This document shows positions 45,178-58,494 of a stretch of DNA of 64,000 nucleotides, one piece after another. Both the position numbers and the translations under genes were made by a program. Source of the DNA: Rebecca billardiae RCC1528 (lineage: Eukaryota; Protista; Haptophyta); the NCBI GenBank assembly GCA_965240325.2, contig OZ251250.1:248001-312000 (forward strand). Direction: 5' to 3'. Numbering within the stretch: position 1 is the stretch's first letter; every line of letters starts with the position of its first letter. A model generated the notes under the pieces. That model searched no databases. It was not told the origin of the DNA and saw only the letters and a list, made by a program, of their open reading frames with translations.

Positions 45178-46188
45178 TCAGAGCGGCGGCGGCTCGACGC
45201 CCAGCTCTCTGCAGCCGCGGCGCAGGAAGCTGTCGAACGCGCCCGGCGCGACAAAGAGCCCGTTGGAGCCGGTGCACGGCATCGTGTTGCTGCTGAGCAC
45301 GCCGAGCACGCGCGTGGCCGTGCCGCGGCCGCCCTCCCCGCCCGCGCCCGCCGCGCGCGCGGGCGTGCGACCGAGCGCGGCCGCGCCAGAGTCGCCCGAG
45401 CACGTCCCGGACTTTTTGTCCAGGACCATGCTCAGCCACTGTGCGCGCGAGACGGGCGAGATCGGCTGCAGCCGGAGGCGGCGCAGCGTGCCGGCCGAGT
45501 ACGTGCTGTCGTCGTCCACCGTGTCGCCGTACCCAAAGAGCTCGACCGGTGGGTACTCCGCCGAGATCTCGTCCGCCGAGATGGCCCCCGCCGAGATCTC
45601 GTCCGCCGAGATTGCGCCCGCGCCGCCCGCGGCGCGGCCCGCGGGCGCGGCGGCGCGCGCGGGCGCGCGGAGCGGCTGCGCCACCCAGCCGGCCGGCGCG
45701 TCGCGCGCGAGCTTGATCAGCATCAGGTCGTTCCCCTGCTCCGCGCCGCCCGCGCCGCGCGCGTACTCGCTCGCGAGCACGTAACGGTCGACCGGCACGC
45801 GCGCCGCGCCGCCGTCGAAGAAGGACGTGCCGAACACGACGTCTGTGAGGACGCCGCCGAGCTCGGCGGAGACGTCGAGGCAGTGGGAGGCGGAGAGGAC
45901 GAGGCGCGGCCCGATGAGCACGCCCGTGCACACCGCGGGGAGCCCCTTCTTGCACACCGTGCACCCGTCCATGTTGATATAGAGGCCGACCACGCCGGCG
46001 CGCGCCGCCTCCGCCTCGCTCACGCGCGCGCCGTTGATGAGCGCGCGGCCGGGCGGCGCGGCGGCGGCGGCGGCGGCTGTGGCCGCTGCGAGGCGCAGCG
46101 CGCCGCGCCGAGGCAGGCGCGGCGGCGCGCGGCGCGCGGCCGAGGCGAGCGCGCACACGAGCGCGAGCAGCAAAGGCCAGCGAGCCAT
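45178..46188 (-). CDS. Secreted trypsin-like (S1) serine protease
   Basis: Signal peptide MARWPLLLALVCALASA. Catalytic motifs CTGVLIGPRLVLSASHC (His), NDLMLIKL (Asp) and TCSGDSG (Ser). Confidence 0.9.
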   Translation of the reverse strand: MARWPLLLALVCALASAARRAPPRLPRRGALRLAAATAAAAAAAPPGRALINGARVSEAEAARAGVVGLYINMDGCTVCKKGLPAVCTGVLIGPRLVLSASHCLDVSAELGGVLTDVVFGTSFFDGGAARVPVDRYVLASEYARGAGGAEQGNDLMLIKLARDAPAGWVAQPLRAPARAAAPAGRAAGGAGAISADEISAGAISADEISAEYPPVELFGYGDTVDDDSTYSAGTLRRLRLQPISPVSRAQWLSMVLDKKSGTCSGDSGAAALGRTPARAAGAGGEGGRGTATRVLGVLSSNTMPCTGSNGLFVAPGAFDSFLRRGCRELGVEPPPL

Positions 46189-46331
46189 TGCTCGCACGCG
46201 CACCGGTGAAGCCGACCGGCCGGGGCGGCGCCGCCCGGAGCCCCGGACTGGCTCGGTGGGCGTCAGCAAAGGGCTCCCGCTTTCAGCTTGATCTGAGCTC
46301 GTCAGCGCGCAGCTTTCGACGCGTGGCCGCC

Positions 46332-47068
46332 ATGCGTCGCGCGTGTGCGCTGCTCGCGTGCGCCGCGGCGTGCGTGCCCGCGGCGCCGGCGGCCGCCGGC
46401 GACGCGCCCTCGCCCAAGACGATCCAGGTCACCCTCCGCGCCTCCTGGCACTCCACGCCGCTCCTCCTCGAGGCCGCCGAATTCTTTGCGGGCGAAAACG
46501 CCTTTTGGCAGTTTGCCACACATGAGAGCGTGGCGCGCGCGGCGGAGGAGGCGCGCACGGACGAGGCGGCGCACGCGGCGGTGCGCGCGGCGGCGCGGGA
46601 GCTGCTCCCGCACCTCTCCACCCGCCTCCTCGACATGTACCTCGCCAACGCCGCCCTCTCGCCGCGCGTCGAGGCACAGCTGCACGCGGAGCGCGCGCGC
46701 GCTGAGCTGCACCGCGTGCCGGCCGGCGCGGGCGCGTGGGTGCTGGCGTGCGGCCGCGCGCACGTGGTCGAGTCGGAGGGCGGGCTCGAGCGCTTCCTCG
46801 ACTCGCTCGGCTGCGACGCCGACACCCTCGCCGAGGGCGAGGCGCACGTGTACGCGCCGCCCGCCGCCCCCGAGCAAGCGGACGAGGCGGCGGCGGCGGC
46901 GGCGGCGGCGGCGGCTGCCGATTCGAGCGGGGCGGATGCGCTGCCGGTGGCGATCCTGCACGCGAGCCTGGGCACGCGCGGCTTCGCGCGCGCGCACGCC
47001 ATCCTCGCCGCCGCGGCGAGCGCCGGCCGCGTCGACTACGCCCTCTGCCACCGGCTGCCGCCCGGCGA

Positions 47069-47103
<35 letters not shown>

Positions 47104-47958
47104 GCGGCGCCGACGGCGCGGCCGCGGCCGGCGGCGGCGCGGCTGGCGCGCGGCCGTTGCAGCCGCTGCAGGGGTACGGCGTGCAGCTGGCGATTAAGAA
47201 CATGGAGTACAAGGTGCGCGCGCGCGCGCGGCGCCCGCCCTCGCGCCGCGCGCCGAGCGCCGCCGCCGCCGCCCGCCCTGCCACGCTGCGGCGCGCTCGG
47301 CGCGCGCCGCCGACGCTGCCGCCGCGCGCCGGCCGCCGCCGCGCGCCGGCCGCCGCCGCGCGCTCGCGCCGCCGCCGCCGCGCAGGTGATCGACGACACG
47401 ACCAAGGACGCCGTGGCGGTGGGCGCCGAGGCGCTCGCCTCGCTCGGCGCCGACGACGAGGCCGACGCCGCCGCCGACGTCGGCGGCTTGTACTTTGCGA
47501 CGCTTGTGGCGCGCCGCCCGGAGCTTTCCGCGAAGCTTCGCGATCTCGAGGCGGAGATCGCGTCGGAGGCGGCGAGCGCGGCGGCGAGCGCGGGGGAGCT
47601 GAAGGTGTGGGCGCTCACCGAGCTCGGGTACCAGGCCGCGCAGCGCATCACGCGCGCGCACGCGCCGCTCGCCGCCCTCGCCGAGATCTCCCATAATCTC
47701 CCGGCCGCGGCCAGCTCGATCTCCAGGGGGCGAGCCGGGCGCAATCTCAAGCGCGAGATTGAAGGGAACGCCGCCGGCGGGTTCTGGGCGGCGGGGGAGT
47801 CGGTGGCGACGGTGAACGGGCGCGTGCTCCCGCTCGGCGGCGCGGACAACGACTTCTTCGGCGCGCTCGACGTCCTCCGCTCCGAGATGCACAGGATGGC
47901 AGCCATCGCAAGTTTCGGCATTCCGCCGGCCGAGGCGGGCGCGCTGCTGCGCGCGGCG

Positions 47959-47999
<41 letters not shown>

Positions 48000-49373
48000 G
48001 TCGGAGGGTGCGGTGTGCGTGGACCCGCGCCCGCGCGGCGGCGCGCCCTCGCCCGTCGTCTGGCTCAACAACGTCGAGCGCGACCCCGCCTTCCGCCAGC
48101 TCCCGCGCGGCCTCGCCACGCTGCTGGCGCCCGGCTGGCCAGGGCAAGTCGCATTTATCCGCCGGAATTTGTATAATTTAATTCTGCTCGTGGACCCGCG
48201 GCAGGAGGCGTCGGCGCGCGCGCTGCACGTGGCGGTGGCGCTGCTGCAGCAGGGCGCGCCGCTGCGCATCGGCGTCGTCGTCGCGCTCGCGCCGCGCGGC
48301 GGCGGCGGCGGCGGCGGCGGTGTGGTTTCGCTGTCGGCGGCGGCGGCGGCGGCGGAGGCGGAGGCGGAGGCGGAGGCGGAGGCGGAGGCGGGCGGCGGCG
48401 GGCTGCCCGCGTCGCTGCTCGAGGCGGCGGCGGAGCCCGCGTGGCGCGCGAGCGAGCTCGCCGCCGAGCTCGCCGACGCCGGGCTCCGCGTGCCGGGCGC
48501 CGCCGACGCGGCCGCCGCGGGCGCGGCCGCCGCCCCCGCCGCCGCCGCCGCCGCCGCCGACGGCGCCGCCGCCGCCGACGACGCCGCCGGCCTGCGCGGC
48601 GAGGCGGCGGCGGTGGCGCTGTACGCGCGCGCGCTGCTGCTCGCGCACAAGAAGGGCGGCTCGCCCGCCGCGCAGCGCTTCGTCTCCGCCGTGCACGAGC
48701 TCCGCGAGGCCGCCGGCGGTTACGGAAGTAACGACATTTTCGCGCAGATGTTTGGCGGCGGCGGCGGCGGATTTGGCGGCGGCCTCGAGCCGCTGAGCTG
48801 TGCGCAGGTGCGCGAGGGGTTTGTGGGTGCGCTCGAGCGGGGGAAGGGCGGGCCCGAGGGCGCGCTCGCGCTCTTCGACGCGCTCGCCGCCGGCATCGAC
48901 GACCCCGACCTCGCCGCCGACGCCGCCGACGCCGCCGCCGAGCGCGCCGCCGCCGGCGGCGCCGCGCCGCCGCCGCTCTCCGAGGCCGAGGCGGCGGCGG
49001 TGGCGGCGGCGCGCGCGTCCGCGCTCGCGGCGGGGCGGGCGTACGCGGCGGAGCGCGGGCTGGGCTCGCAGATGCCCGTGATGCTGCTCAACGGCGCGGT
49101 CCACTCCCTCTCCGACGCCGACGCCGGCATGCCCGGCGCCGCCGCGCTCGACCGGATTCTGATGGCGGGCGCGCTCGCGGACGCCGAGGCGCGTGCGCGC
49201 GCGCTGCTGGCGGCGGGTGCGCTGAGCGATGACGATGATGGCGGCGGCGCCGCCGCCGCGGCGGGGAAGGGGGAGGGCGGCGGCGGGAAGAAGGCCACGC
49301 CGGAGCCGGGCGCGCTTCACGACGCCATCGCCGCCGCGTCCGGCTGCTACGAGCGCTACGACGCGCGCATCCT

Positions 49374-49451
<78 letters not shown>

Positions 49452-51717
49452 GGCGGACGCCGGCGGCATCGCGGTCGCGCTGGACGATGCGGCGCTGGTG
49501 GGCCGGCGCGTGTACGTGCAGCCGCCCGCGCACGTGCGCCCAGGCGCCGGCGCCGACGCGGACGGCGGCGCGGACGGCGGCGCGGGCGCGGACGGCGGCG
49601 CGGGCGGCGGCGGCGGCGCGGACGGCGGCGGCGGCGCGGGCGGCGGCGGCTGCGACGCGCCGCCGCTCACACTGTGGGTGGCGGCGGACCTCGGGACGGT
49701 GGAGGGCGTGGCGCTGGCGGCGCACGCGCTCGAGCGCGTCGAGGCCGCGTCGCGCGCCGGCGCCGCGCCCGCCTGCGTCCGCCTCGCCCTCGTCCACCGC
49801 TCCGCCGCCGTCTCCGCCGCGCCGGCCACCGCCGCGGCAGCGCGCGAGCTTGCGTTGCCGGGGGCTTTGTCGCTGACGATGGCGGCGGCGTGGCGCGCGC
49901 TCGCGGCGGCGTGGGCGGAGGAGGTGGCGGGTGCGGGGTCGGAGGGGGCGGCGGAGGCGGCGTTCGGCGCGTGCGTCCGCGCGCTCCGCCACCTCCTCCT
50001 CGTCGGCGCCGCCGCCGCCGCCGCCGAGGCGGCGGGCGCTAGCTCGCCAGACGGCGCGCGCCTCATCCGCGCCGCCGTCGCCGCGGCCGCGCCGGCGCGC
50101 GACGCGGGCGCGCGCGCGGCCGCGTCGCTCGACGACGGCGCGTCGATGCGCGCGGTGCGCGAGGAGATGGCCGCGGACGCGCGCTGGTGCGCCGACGCGC
50201 TCGACGGCGCGCCGGGCGCGCAGCCCGCCGACGCCGACGCGGACGCGGACGCGGACGGCGGCGGCGGCGACGACGGCGGCGGCGGCGACGCGGCGGCGGC
50301 GGCGGCGGCGCGCGACGCGCACGGCTGGATGCTGTGCGGCGGGCGCGCGCTACGCGCGAGCGCGCGCGCGCGCGTGGACTCGGCGACGCTCAAGCTGCTC
50401 GAGGCCGCCGAGTGGCGCGCGCGCGGCCGCAGCACCGCGCGCACGCTCGCGCGACTGCGCGCGGCGGGCGCGCTGCCGCCGCCGCCGGCGCGCGCGCGCG
50501 GCGCGGACGCCGGCCGCGCGCACGCCGACCTGCTCCTGCAGCTCGGCGCGTGGCTTGGTCAGCACGAGCCCGCGCCGGGCGCCGCCGACCCCGCCGACCC
50601 CGCCGCGGCCGACGGCGCGCGCGACGGCGGCTTTGGCGACGGCGCCGCGTGCGCGGCGGCGTGCATCGACCTGCCTGCGACGGCGGCGGGCGTCACGGCG
50701 GGCGTAACGGCGGGCGTAACGGCGGGCGTAACGGCGGCGGGCGGCGGCGGGGCGGACGACGGCGCGGAAGACGCGTCGGCGCACGCGGCGGCCGCGCTCC
50801 GCATCGTCGCCGTCATCGACCCTCTCTCGCGCGCGGCGCAGCGGCTGGCGCCATTCCTCTCCGCCGTGCGCGCCGCGCTCGGCGTGCCGGTCCGGGTGCA
50901 CCTCAACCCGAGTCCGGCGCTGGCGGAGCTGCCGCTGCAGGACTTTTACCGGTACGCCGCGATGGCGGCCGTGGCGTTCGACGAGTCGGGCGCGCGCGCG
51001 GCGGGCGGCGCGCGCTTCGGCGCGCTCGCCACCGCGCACACGCTCACCCTCCACCTGGACGCGCCGGCCGGCTGGCTCACCGAGCCCTCCGCCGGCCGTT
51101 TCGACATGGACAATCTCCGCCTGGGAGATCTTCCGGACGGGCAGGGCGCGCTCGCGGCCGAGTACCGGCTGGCGGCGCTTCTCATCTCGGGCTCGTGCGA
51201 CGACCTCTCGTCCGACGCGCCGCCGAACGGGCTGCAGCTCGTCCTCACCACCCCCTCCGCCACACCCGCCGCCGGCGCCGCCGCACCCGCCGACGACGAC
51301 GCGCCGAGCGCGGGCGCGGCGCTGCCGCTGGCCGACACGCTAGTGATGCAGAACCTGGGCTACTTCCAGCTGCAGGCGGCGCCGGGCGCGTTCGCGCTGC
51401 GCCTCAAGCCGGGCTCGCTCTCCGACGAGGTCTACGAGCTGCTCGAGCTGCCCGAGGCGTGGCGCGAGCCGCGCGCGAGCGCGGCCGCGGCCGCCGCGGC
51501 GCGCGGCGGCGCGCGCGGCGGGCACGGCCGCGGCGCGCGGCGCGGGAGGCGGGGCGGCGCGGCGCGGCGGCGCGCGGCGCTCTCCCTCGCGCAGGCGCAG
51601 GCGCTGCCCGCCGCCCCCGAGCAGCGCGTCTCCCTCCGCTCCTTCGCCGGCGCATCCGCCTCGCTCCTCGTGCGCAAGCGGCCGGGGCGCGAGGCGTCGT
51701 CGATTCTGGAGGGCGAG

Positions 51718-51761
<44 letters not shown>

Positions 51762-53493
51762 GAGGGGTCCGGAGCGGGGGCCGCCCGTGCCGGCGCAGCC
51801 GCCGCCGCCCGGCGCGAGAGGGCGTGCCAGTGGCGCTGGCGCCGGCGGCGGGCTCTGGGACGCCGCCGCCTCGCTCTGGGGCGGCGCGCCCGCGTCCGCG
51901 CGCGCCCGCGGCGCCGCCGGCGCCGCCGGCGCCGCCGGCTCAGACTCAGAGGCTGATGACAATCGGATCCACGTCTTCTCTCTCGCGTCGGGGCACCTGT
52001 ACGAGCGCTTCCTCAAGATCATGATGCTCTCGGTCGTCGAGCACACCTCCCGCCCCGTCAAGTTCTGGCTCATCCGCAACTTCCTAAGCGCGCGCTTCAA
52101 GGAGTTTGTGCCGCGGATGGCGGCGGCGAAAGGATTCCAAGTCGAATTTGTGCGCTACCAATGGCCGCCGTGGCTGCGCGCGCAGACGGAGAAGCAGCGG
52201 ATCATCTGGGGGTGCGCGCCGCCGCCGCGCCGCGCTCGGTGCCGCGCGGCCCGCACGCGCGGCACCGAGCGCGCGCGCGGCGTGGCCCACGCCGCCGCCT
52301 GGCGCGTCGCTGGGGGGGACGGCTGCGCGCGCACGCGCCGCGCCGCGCGCGCGGGGCGCGCCGCGCCGCGCGGGCCGCCGCGCCGCCCCGCCTCACGCGC
52401 CCGCGCTGCCACCCACCCATCCGCGCTCCCGTGCGCCCTCCGCCGTCCGTGCGCCCGGCCCAACGCTCGGCACACGCCCACGCCCATCCTACCCGCCCTA
52501 CCCGTCCTACCCGTCCTACCCGCCCTACCCACACGACCCACACGACCCCCCTCTGACCCGGTTGACCCGGCGCACCCGCACCCCCGTCCGTATGGTGTGT
52601 GGGTATATGGGGGTATATGTGGGTATATGTGGGTACGCCGCAGGTACAAGATCCTCTTCCTGGACGTGCTCTTCCCGCTCTCGCTCAAGAAGGTGGTGTA
52701 CATCGACGCGGACCAGGTGGTGCAGGCGGACCTGGCGGAGCTGTGGGACCACGACCTCAAGGTGAGCGCGCGAATTCTTTTTTCTTGGGGGAAAAAAGAA
52801 TTGTTTCTCGCGCGCGCGGCGCGGGGCCGCGGCGGGCGCGCGGCCGGGGCGGGCGGCGCCGCGCTTGCGCGTGCGTGTCACGCGCGCTGCCGCGGCCCCC
52901 CGCCCGCCCCCTCGCCGCGCGTGCGCCCCCCCGCGCGACCGCAGGGCCGCGCGGTCGCGATGACGCCCTTCTGCTCCGCCGACGCTAACCCGCACACCAC
53001 GGGCTTCCGCTTCTGGGCGCACGGCTATTGGGTGGACCACCTGCGAGGCCGGCCGTACCACATCTCGGCGCTGTTCGTCGTGGACCTGGCGCGCTTCCGC
53101 CGGCGCGCGGCGGGGGACCGGTACCGCGTCTTCTACGACAACCTCTCGCAGGACCCGAACACCCTCGCCAACCTCGACCAGGACCTCCCCAACTATGCGC
53201 AGCTGTCGGTGCCGATCGCGTCGCTGCCCGAGCACTGGCTGTGGTGCGAGACGTGGTGCGGCAACGCGACCAAGGGGAGCGCGCGCACCATCGACCTGTG
53301 CAACAACCCGCTCACCAAGGAGCCCAAGATCGAGATGGCGAAGCGGATCATCGGCGCGCGCTGGAGCCGGCTCGACGACGAGGCGCGGCAGCTCGAGGCA
53401 AGGCTCGCGCCGCCGAACGGCACCGCCGCGCCCGCCGCGCCGTCGTCCGCGGCGCGCGCCGGGACGACCGCCACGACGCGCGACGAGCTGTAG
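46332..53493 (+). CDS. UGGT: UDP-glucose:glycoprotein glucosyltransferase (GT24), 4 exons
   Basis: Exons 46332-47213, 47386-52211, 52644-52761, 52945-53493. Signal peptide, LQGYGVQLAIKNMEYK, IHVFSLASGHLYERFLKIM, YKILFLDVLFP, IDADQ, NLDQDLPN, WLWCETWC and C-terminal RDEL. Confidence 0.96.
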
Positions 53494-54112
53494 CACTAGC
53501 AGCTTGGCCTGCGCGCGCGTCGCGTGCGCTGCTGCGCCACTATGGTACGTTCATTAGTCTGATATAGCCGCCGATGATAAGTGATGACGCGACTCTGGTC
53601 TGACCAGCTAGGCCGCGGCGCCCGGTGTCCGGATAGATTTATAATAATATTTGTCATTATTATTATTATATTATAATATTTATAATAATTTAAATATATA
53701 ACGGACGACGAATTAGTAACTGCTGTACAGTGCTGCTACTACGTCTGCTAGCTACATACGTAGGTGTGATGGAGGGTTGCTGGGAGCTCAAAAGTACATT
53801 CGACGACGCGGCAGGGCCGCGGGGCTGATGCCGTCAGCCCCGCGGCCCTGTCGCGTGGCGCACAAAACTCAGCAGCCGCGGCGCGCCGGCGGGCCCGGGC
53901 GGGACGAGAATCAGCAGCCACCGCGCCGCCGGCCGCCCCGCGCCGCTGCGTCGTACGTCGGCCCCGGCTGCCATCGGTGGGCGACACAGGGGGTGGCCCT
54001 TCTGCAAGTGATCGCTCTCTGCTGCTCCGCGCGGCGCCCGCGAGATTCAGTCCGGCGCGCGGTCGATCACCAGAGTCCGGTGCGGATCACCAGAGTCCGG
54101 TGCGGATCACAT

Positions 54113-54705
54113 TCACCACGCCGATGTGCGCTGCCGGCGCACGACGGACGGCTGCTGCGGCGGCTGGTAGTAGTAGTTGCCCGTGCTGCCGAGCGCGGCC
54201 GCCGCGCCGCCGCCTCCGTGCCCGCCGCCGCCGTGCTTGCCGTGGTTCAGGTTGTGCACGCGCGTCGAGGACGCGGTGGGCCCCAGGATGTAAATCAAAG
54301 AGCCGCTCCCGGCGGGGAGGCTGCCGCCGCGCCCGCGGCCGGGGGCCGCGCCGCCGTGCGTGCCGCCGCCGCCCGCCGCGCGCTGCAGCTTCGCCGCGAG
54401 CGGGCGCTGCGCCAGCATCGCTTCGAGCTGCGACGAGAAGTGCGCACCGCCGCCGCCGCCGCCGCCGCCGCGCGCGCCAGGCTCAGAGGCGCGGCGCGCG
54501 GCCCACGCGCGCGGCGGCGGCGGTGCGCCGGCCGCGTCCGCGCCCGGCGGCGGGCGCGGCGCGTACCCGCGCTGCTGCGCCGGCTGCGACGGCGGCGGCG
54601 GGTACGGCTGCGGGTACGGCGCCGCCTCGTCCGCGTCCGGCGGAGAGCGCGGCGCGCGCGCGCCGCCGTACCCGCTTGCGCGCGCGCCGCCGCGCGCCGC
54701 CGCCG

Positions 54706-54737
<32 letters not shown>

Positions 54738-56193
54738 GCCGCCGCCACCAAGTCCGCCGGCAGGGGCACGGGCGCGTACGCTCGCTCGAGGGCGGCGCCG
54801 CCGGAGGAGCGCGCGCGCGAGTCGAAGGACGCGCCGCGCGACGGCGGGCGGCGATGAGGCTGCTGCTGCGCCGACGGCGCGCCGCCGCCCGCGCCGTCCG
54901 CGCGCGCGCCGTCGGCGGCGCCGACGGCGGCGCCGGCGGCGGCGGGCGGCGGCGGCGGCGGCGACGCGGACGATGGTGGCGATGCGGAGGCGCCGGAGGA
55001 CACGCGGCGCGCGCCGGACGCGGCGTGCGGCACGCTGCCACCCGCAGGCCCGCCACCCGCTGCGCCCGCCGCCGACGACGACAGTCGGGCAAGATAGCCA
55101 CCGCCGCCGCCGCCGCCGCCGCCGCCAGTGGGCGGGCGCGGCAGCGTGCGCGCGTGCGCGCCGCCGCGCTCTGGCGAGTCTCGCGGCTGCGGCGCGGCGT
55201 GCTGTGCCGGCAACGGCTGCGCCGGCGAGCCGCTCGCCGCCATCCTCGCGCGCTCGTACGGCTCCACGCGGATCGCGGGCGCGGGCGGCGCGCGCGGCGG
55301 CGGCGGCGCGGCGCGCGACCCGCCGCCGCCGCCGCCGCCGAGCGCGGCCGTTGGCGGCGGTTGCGACGCGTGCAGGCGCCGGAGCATCTCAAGCATCGGG
55401 TCGGCGGCGGAGGAGCGGCGGCGCGCGTCGGGCTCCCGCGCCTCGTACGCGCCGCGCTGCGCCGCCGCCGCCGCCGCGGGCGGGTACGGGTAAGCCGGGT
55501 ACCCCGGGGAATCGGGGTAATCGGGGTAGCGCCCGGCGTCGGACGGGCGGCGGCGCTCGGCCTCGCGCGGCGGCGGCGGCGGCCCACCGCCGCCGCCGCC
55601 GCCGCCGCCGCCGCGCGCGCCGCGCAGCCCGGCGAGCAGCCGGTCGATCTCCTGCCCCTCCCTGCGCAGCCGCGAGAGCTGCGCCTGCGACGACTGCAGC
55701 TCGTCCAGCGTCGCGTGCACCGCCTGCACCGAGGCGGCGGAGGCGGACGCGGCGGCGGCGGCGCGCGGCGCCGGCGGCGGCGCGGCGCTGCCCGCCCAGC
55801 CTTCGCGCCGCCGCACGCCGCCGCCGCCCGCGCGCGGCGCACCGCCGCCCGCGGGCAGCCCGCTCATCGACGTGCGCGCCGCCGCGCGCAGCGGCACGAT
55901 CGGTGCGCCCGAGGCGGTGCGTGGCACGTCGCCGCCGCCGACCCACCAGCGGCCGGCGGCGGCGGCGGGCAGCGCGGCCGCGGCGCCGAGCGGCGCGGCG
56001 GTGGCGCCGCGCCGCTCGGCAGACGTTCCCGCCGCGCGCGCCACCGCCGCCGCGGCGCGCAGCTCGTCCGCCGCGCGCGCGGGCGGCGTGCGCGGCGGCG
56101 GCCGCGCCGCGTGCGGCTGCGCCTGCTGCCGCGGCGGCGAGGCGCGCCGCGCCGCCGCGCCGCCGCCGCCGCCGCCCTCGTCCTCGTCCTCGC

Positions 56194-56257
<64 letters not shown>

Positions 56258-57988
56258 GTCGGCGGCTGCGGCTCCGTCGGCGCGGTGCGCGTGCTCCAGC
56301 AGCCCGCCGCTCGTCTGCGGGCGGCGCGCGTCCCCGCCGCCGCCCGCCGCGGCGGTGAGCGCGCTCAGCGTGTCCGCGAGCGCCGCGCCGCCATCCCGCC
56401 CGCCGCCGCCCTCCGCATGCGCGTCGATGGCGGAGCGGACCGCCGCCTCGAACGTTTCGCGCGCCTCGCGCTCGGCCGCGAGCTCGGCCTGCGCGCTGCG
56501 CAGCTCGGCGCGGAGCTCGGTGTTCTCGCCGAGCAGCGTGCGCATCCGCTCCGCCAGCCCGCCCTCCGCGGCCGCCCCCTCCGGCAGCGCCGACGCCGAG
56601 TCGCGCGCCGCAGACTTGAGGCTGTCGATTGTCTTGACTAAACGCGCGATGTGCGCCTGGAACCGACGGCGCTGCGCGACGAGCGAGTCCGAGACGACCA
56701 TCTCGTTGGAGATGGCGTGCTGCATCACGTTGCGCGCGCGGTCGGCGAACTTGAGCGTGTGCACCGTCTCGTCCGCGTGGTGCGCCGTCGGCGACACCGC
56801 CGCCAGCACCGTCGTCAGCGCGTTCCCGCCCAGCGAATCCTGCAGCAACCGGGTGAGCGTCGAGTCTCGGTACGGCACGTGCGAGCGACCTTTCTCGGAA
56901 AGTGCCGAGATGCAGTTGGCGAGCATGAGCAGCGACTTGTTGATCGACGTGGTCTCGCGCCACGACTCGTCCGACGGCGGCAGCTGCGCCGCCGCCGCCG
57001 CCGCCGCCGCCGCGTCCGCGTCCGCGCCGCCGCCGCCGCCGCCGTCCGCGCCCGCGCCGGGGCCCGCGCCGGCCGGCGGCGCGGCGGCCTTGAACGGGCG
57101 CTCGGAGCCGGCGAGGTCGACGAGGTTGAGCTTGGCGCGCGACGCGCGCCCGCCCTCCTCCGCGCCCGCCCGCCCGCGCCCGTCCCCGCCAGACCCGCCG
57201 CCGAGCGCCGCCGGCCGCCCCTCGACCACCAGCTGCACGATTGCATGCGAGCGGCTCGACGCTTCGTTGAACCGGGTGGCGCGCGTGGCGCGGTGCGAGG
57301 CGGCGCGGCCGAGCAGCTCGAGCACCTCGGCCTCCGACGCGCACGGCACCTCCAGCGCGCCGTGCACCGCGATCTCGCCCGATCTCGGATCCTCCTTGAG
57401 CGCGAGCGCGTGCTGCTGCTGCGCGCCGCCGCCGCGCGCGCCGCCGCCGCCGCCCGCCGCCGCGGCGTGCGCGGCGTGCGCGGGCTGCACGAGGAGGTCG
57501 CGCAGCTGCTCGTTGTAGATCTCGAGGTACGAGACCGACACGCTGAAGCGCGCAACCTCCTGCCGCTGCGCCGCCAGCGAGAACACCTCGCGCACCATGC
57601 GGCTCAGCATCCCGAGATCGCCCATCGGGTCGAACCCCGCGGCGCCGCCCGGCGGCGGCAGGAGCATCTTGGCGCCGGCGGGCGCGGAGCCGAGGCCCTG
57701 CATCGTGTGCGTCTTCCCCGAGCCCGTCTGCCCGTACGCGAAGATCGTCGCGTTGAACCCGTCCAGCACGGCCGCGGCCGCGTCGCGCACGCGTTCAAAC
57801 ACGTCCGCCTGCGTCGCGTCCGGCCCGAGCACGCCGTCAAAGGCGGCGGTGTGCGCGGAGCGGCCGCGGCGGACGGTGAGGGAGGTGTCGTCGAGCAGCT
57901 CGACGGCCGTGTCCTGCTCGCGCTCGCCGCCCAGCGCCGGCCGCACGCGCACGAGCACGCGGATCTTGTCGCGCTCCGCCGCGCCCAT
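54113..57988 (-). CDS. N-terminal-motor kinesin with coiled coil and long low-complexity tail
   Basis: IRVLVRVRP, P-loop GQTGSGKT, switch I NEASSRSH, switch II LVDLAGSER and HVPYRDSTLTRLLQDSLGG. Upstream in-frame ATGs exist at 58045 and beyond. Confidence 0.93.
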
Positions 57989-58152
57989 CTTGCAAGAGCA
58001 AAACCGTCGGGAGCCAAGCCGCGCGGGCGAGCGAAGGCTCGCCATTGTCAGCCTGCCCGGACCGCTTCCGACCGCCGCGAGTCCGGACTCGCTCGGCTCG
58101 AAGGCGCCAACGAGCAAAGCGGCGGCGGCGGCACCGCCCACATCCAGCCGCC

Positions 58153-58494
58153 ATGGTCGTGGCGCGCGTGGACCACGCGCTCGAAGCGCACCCGGAGTGG
58201 CAGGGCCGCATCGCGGACACGCCCGAGACCGACTTCTGCGGCCTCCCGCTCGACGGCGTCGACTGCTTCAGCCAGTCGCTCCAGGCGGTGAGCTGCAACT
58301 TTGCCCTGCCGCAGCTGCGCGACGCGATCACGCACGCCGCCTCGAGCACCCACGGGTGGACGCAGGAGCCGCGCGACGCCAAGGGCGGCGACGACGGGGG
58401 ACTCGTGCTCACGAGAGGCGACACGCCCATCGTTGCCCACCTCCATGACCTGCCCGACTTTGGCATGTCCATGGTCCAGGCGGACAGTTGCTGA
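58153..58494 (+). CDS. Hypothetical 113-aa protein
   Basis: GCCATGG start context, strongly GC3-biased codons and natural composition. It sits head-to-head with the kinesin at a spacing seen for other gene pairs here. Confidence 0.5.
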   Translation: MVVARVDHALEAHPEWQGRIADTPETDFCGLPLDGVDCFSQSLQAVSCNFALPQLRDAITHAASSTHGWTQEPRDAKGGDDGGLVLTRGDTPIVAHLHDLPDFGMSMVQADSC

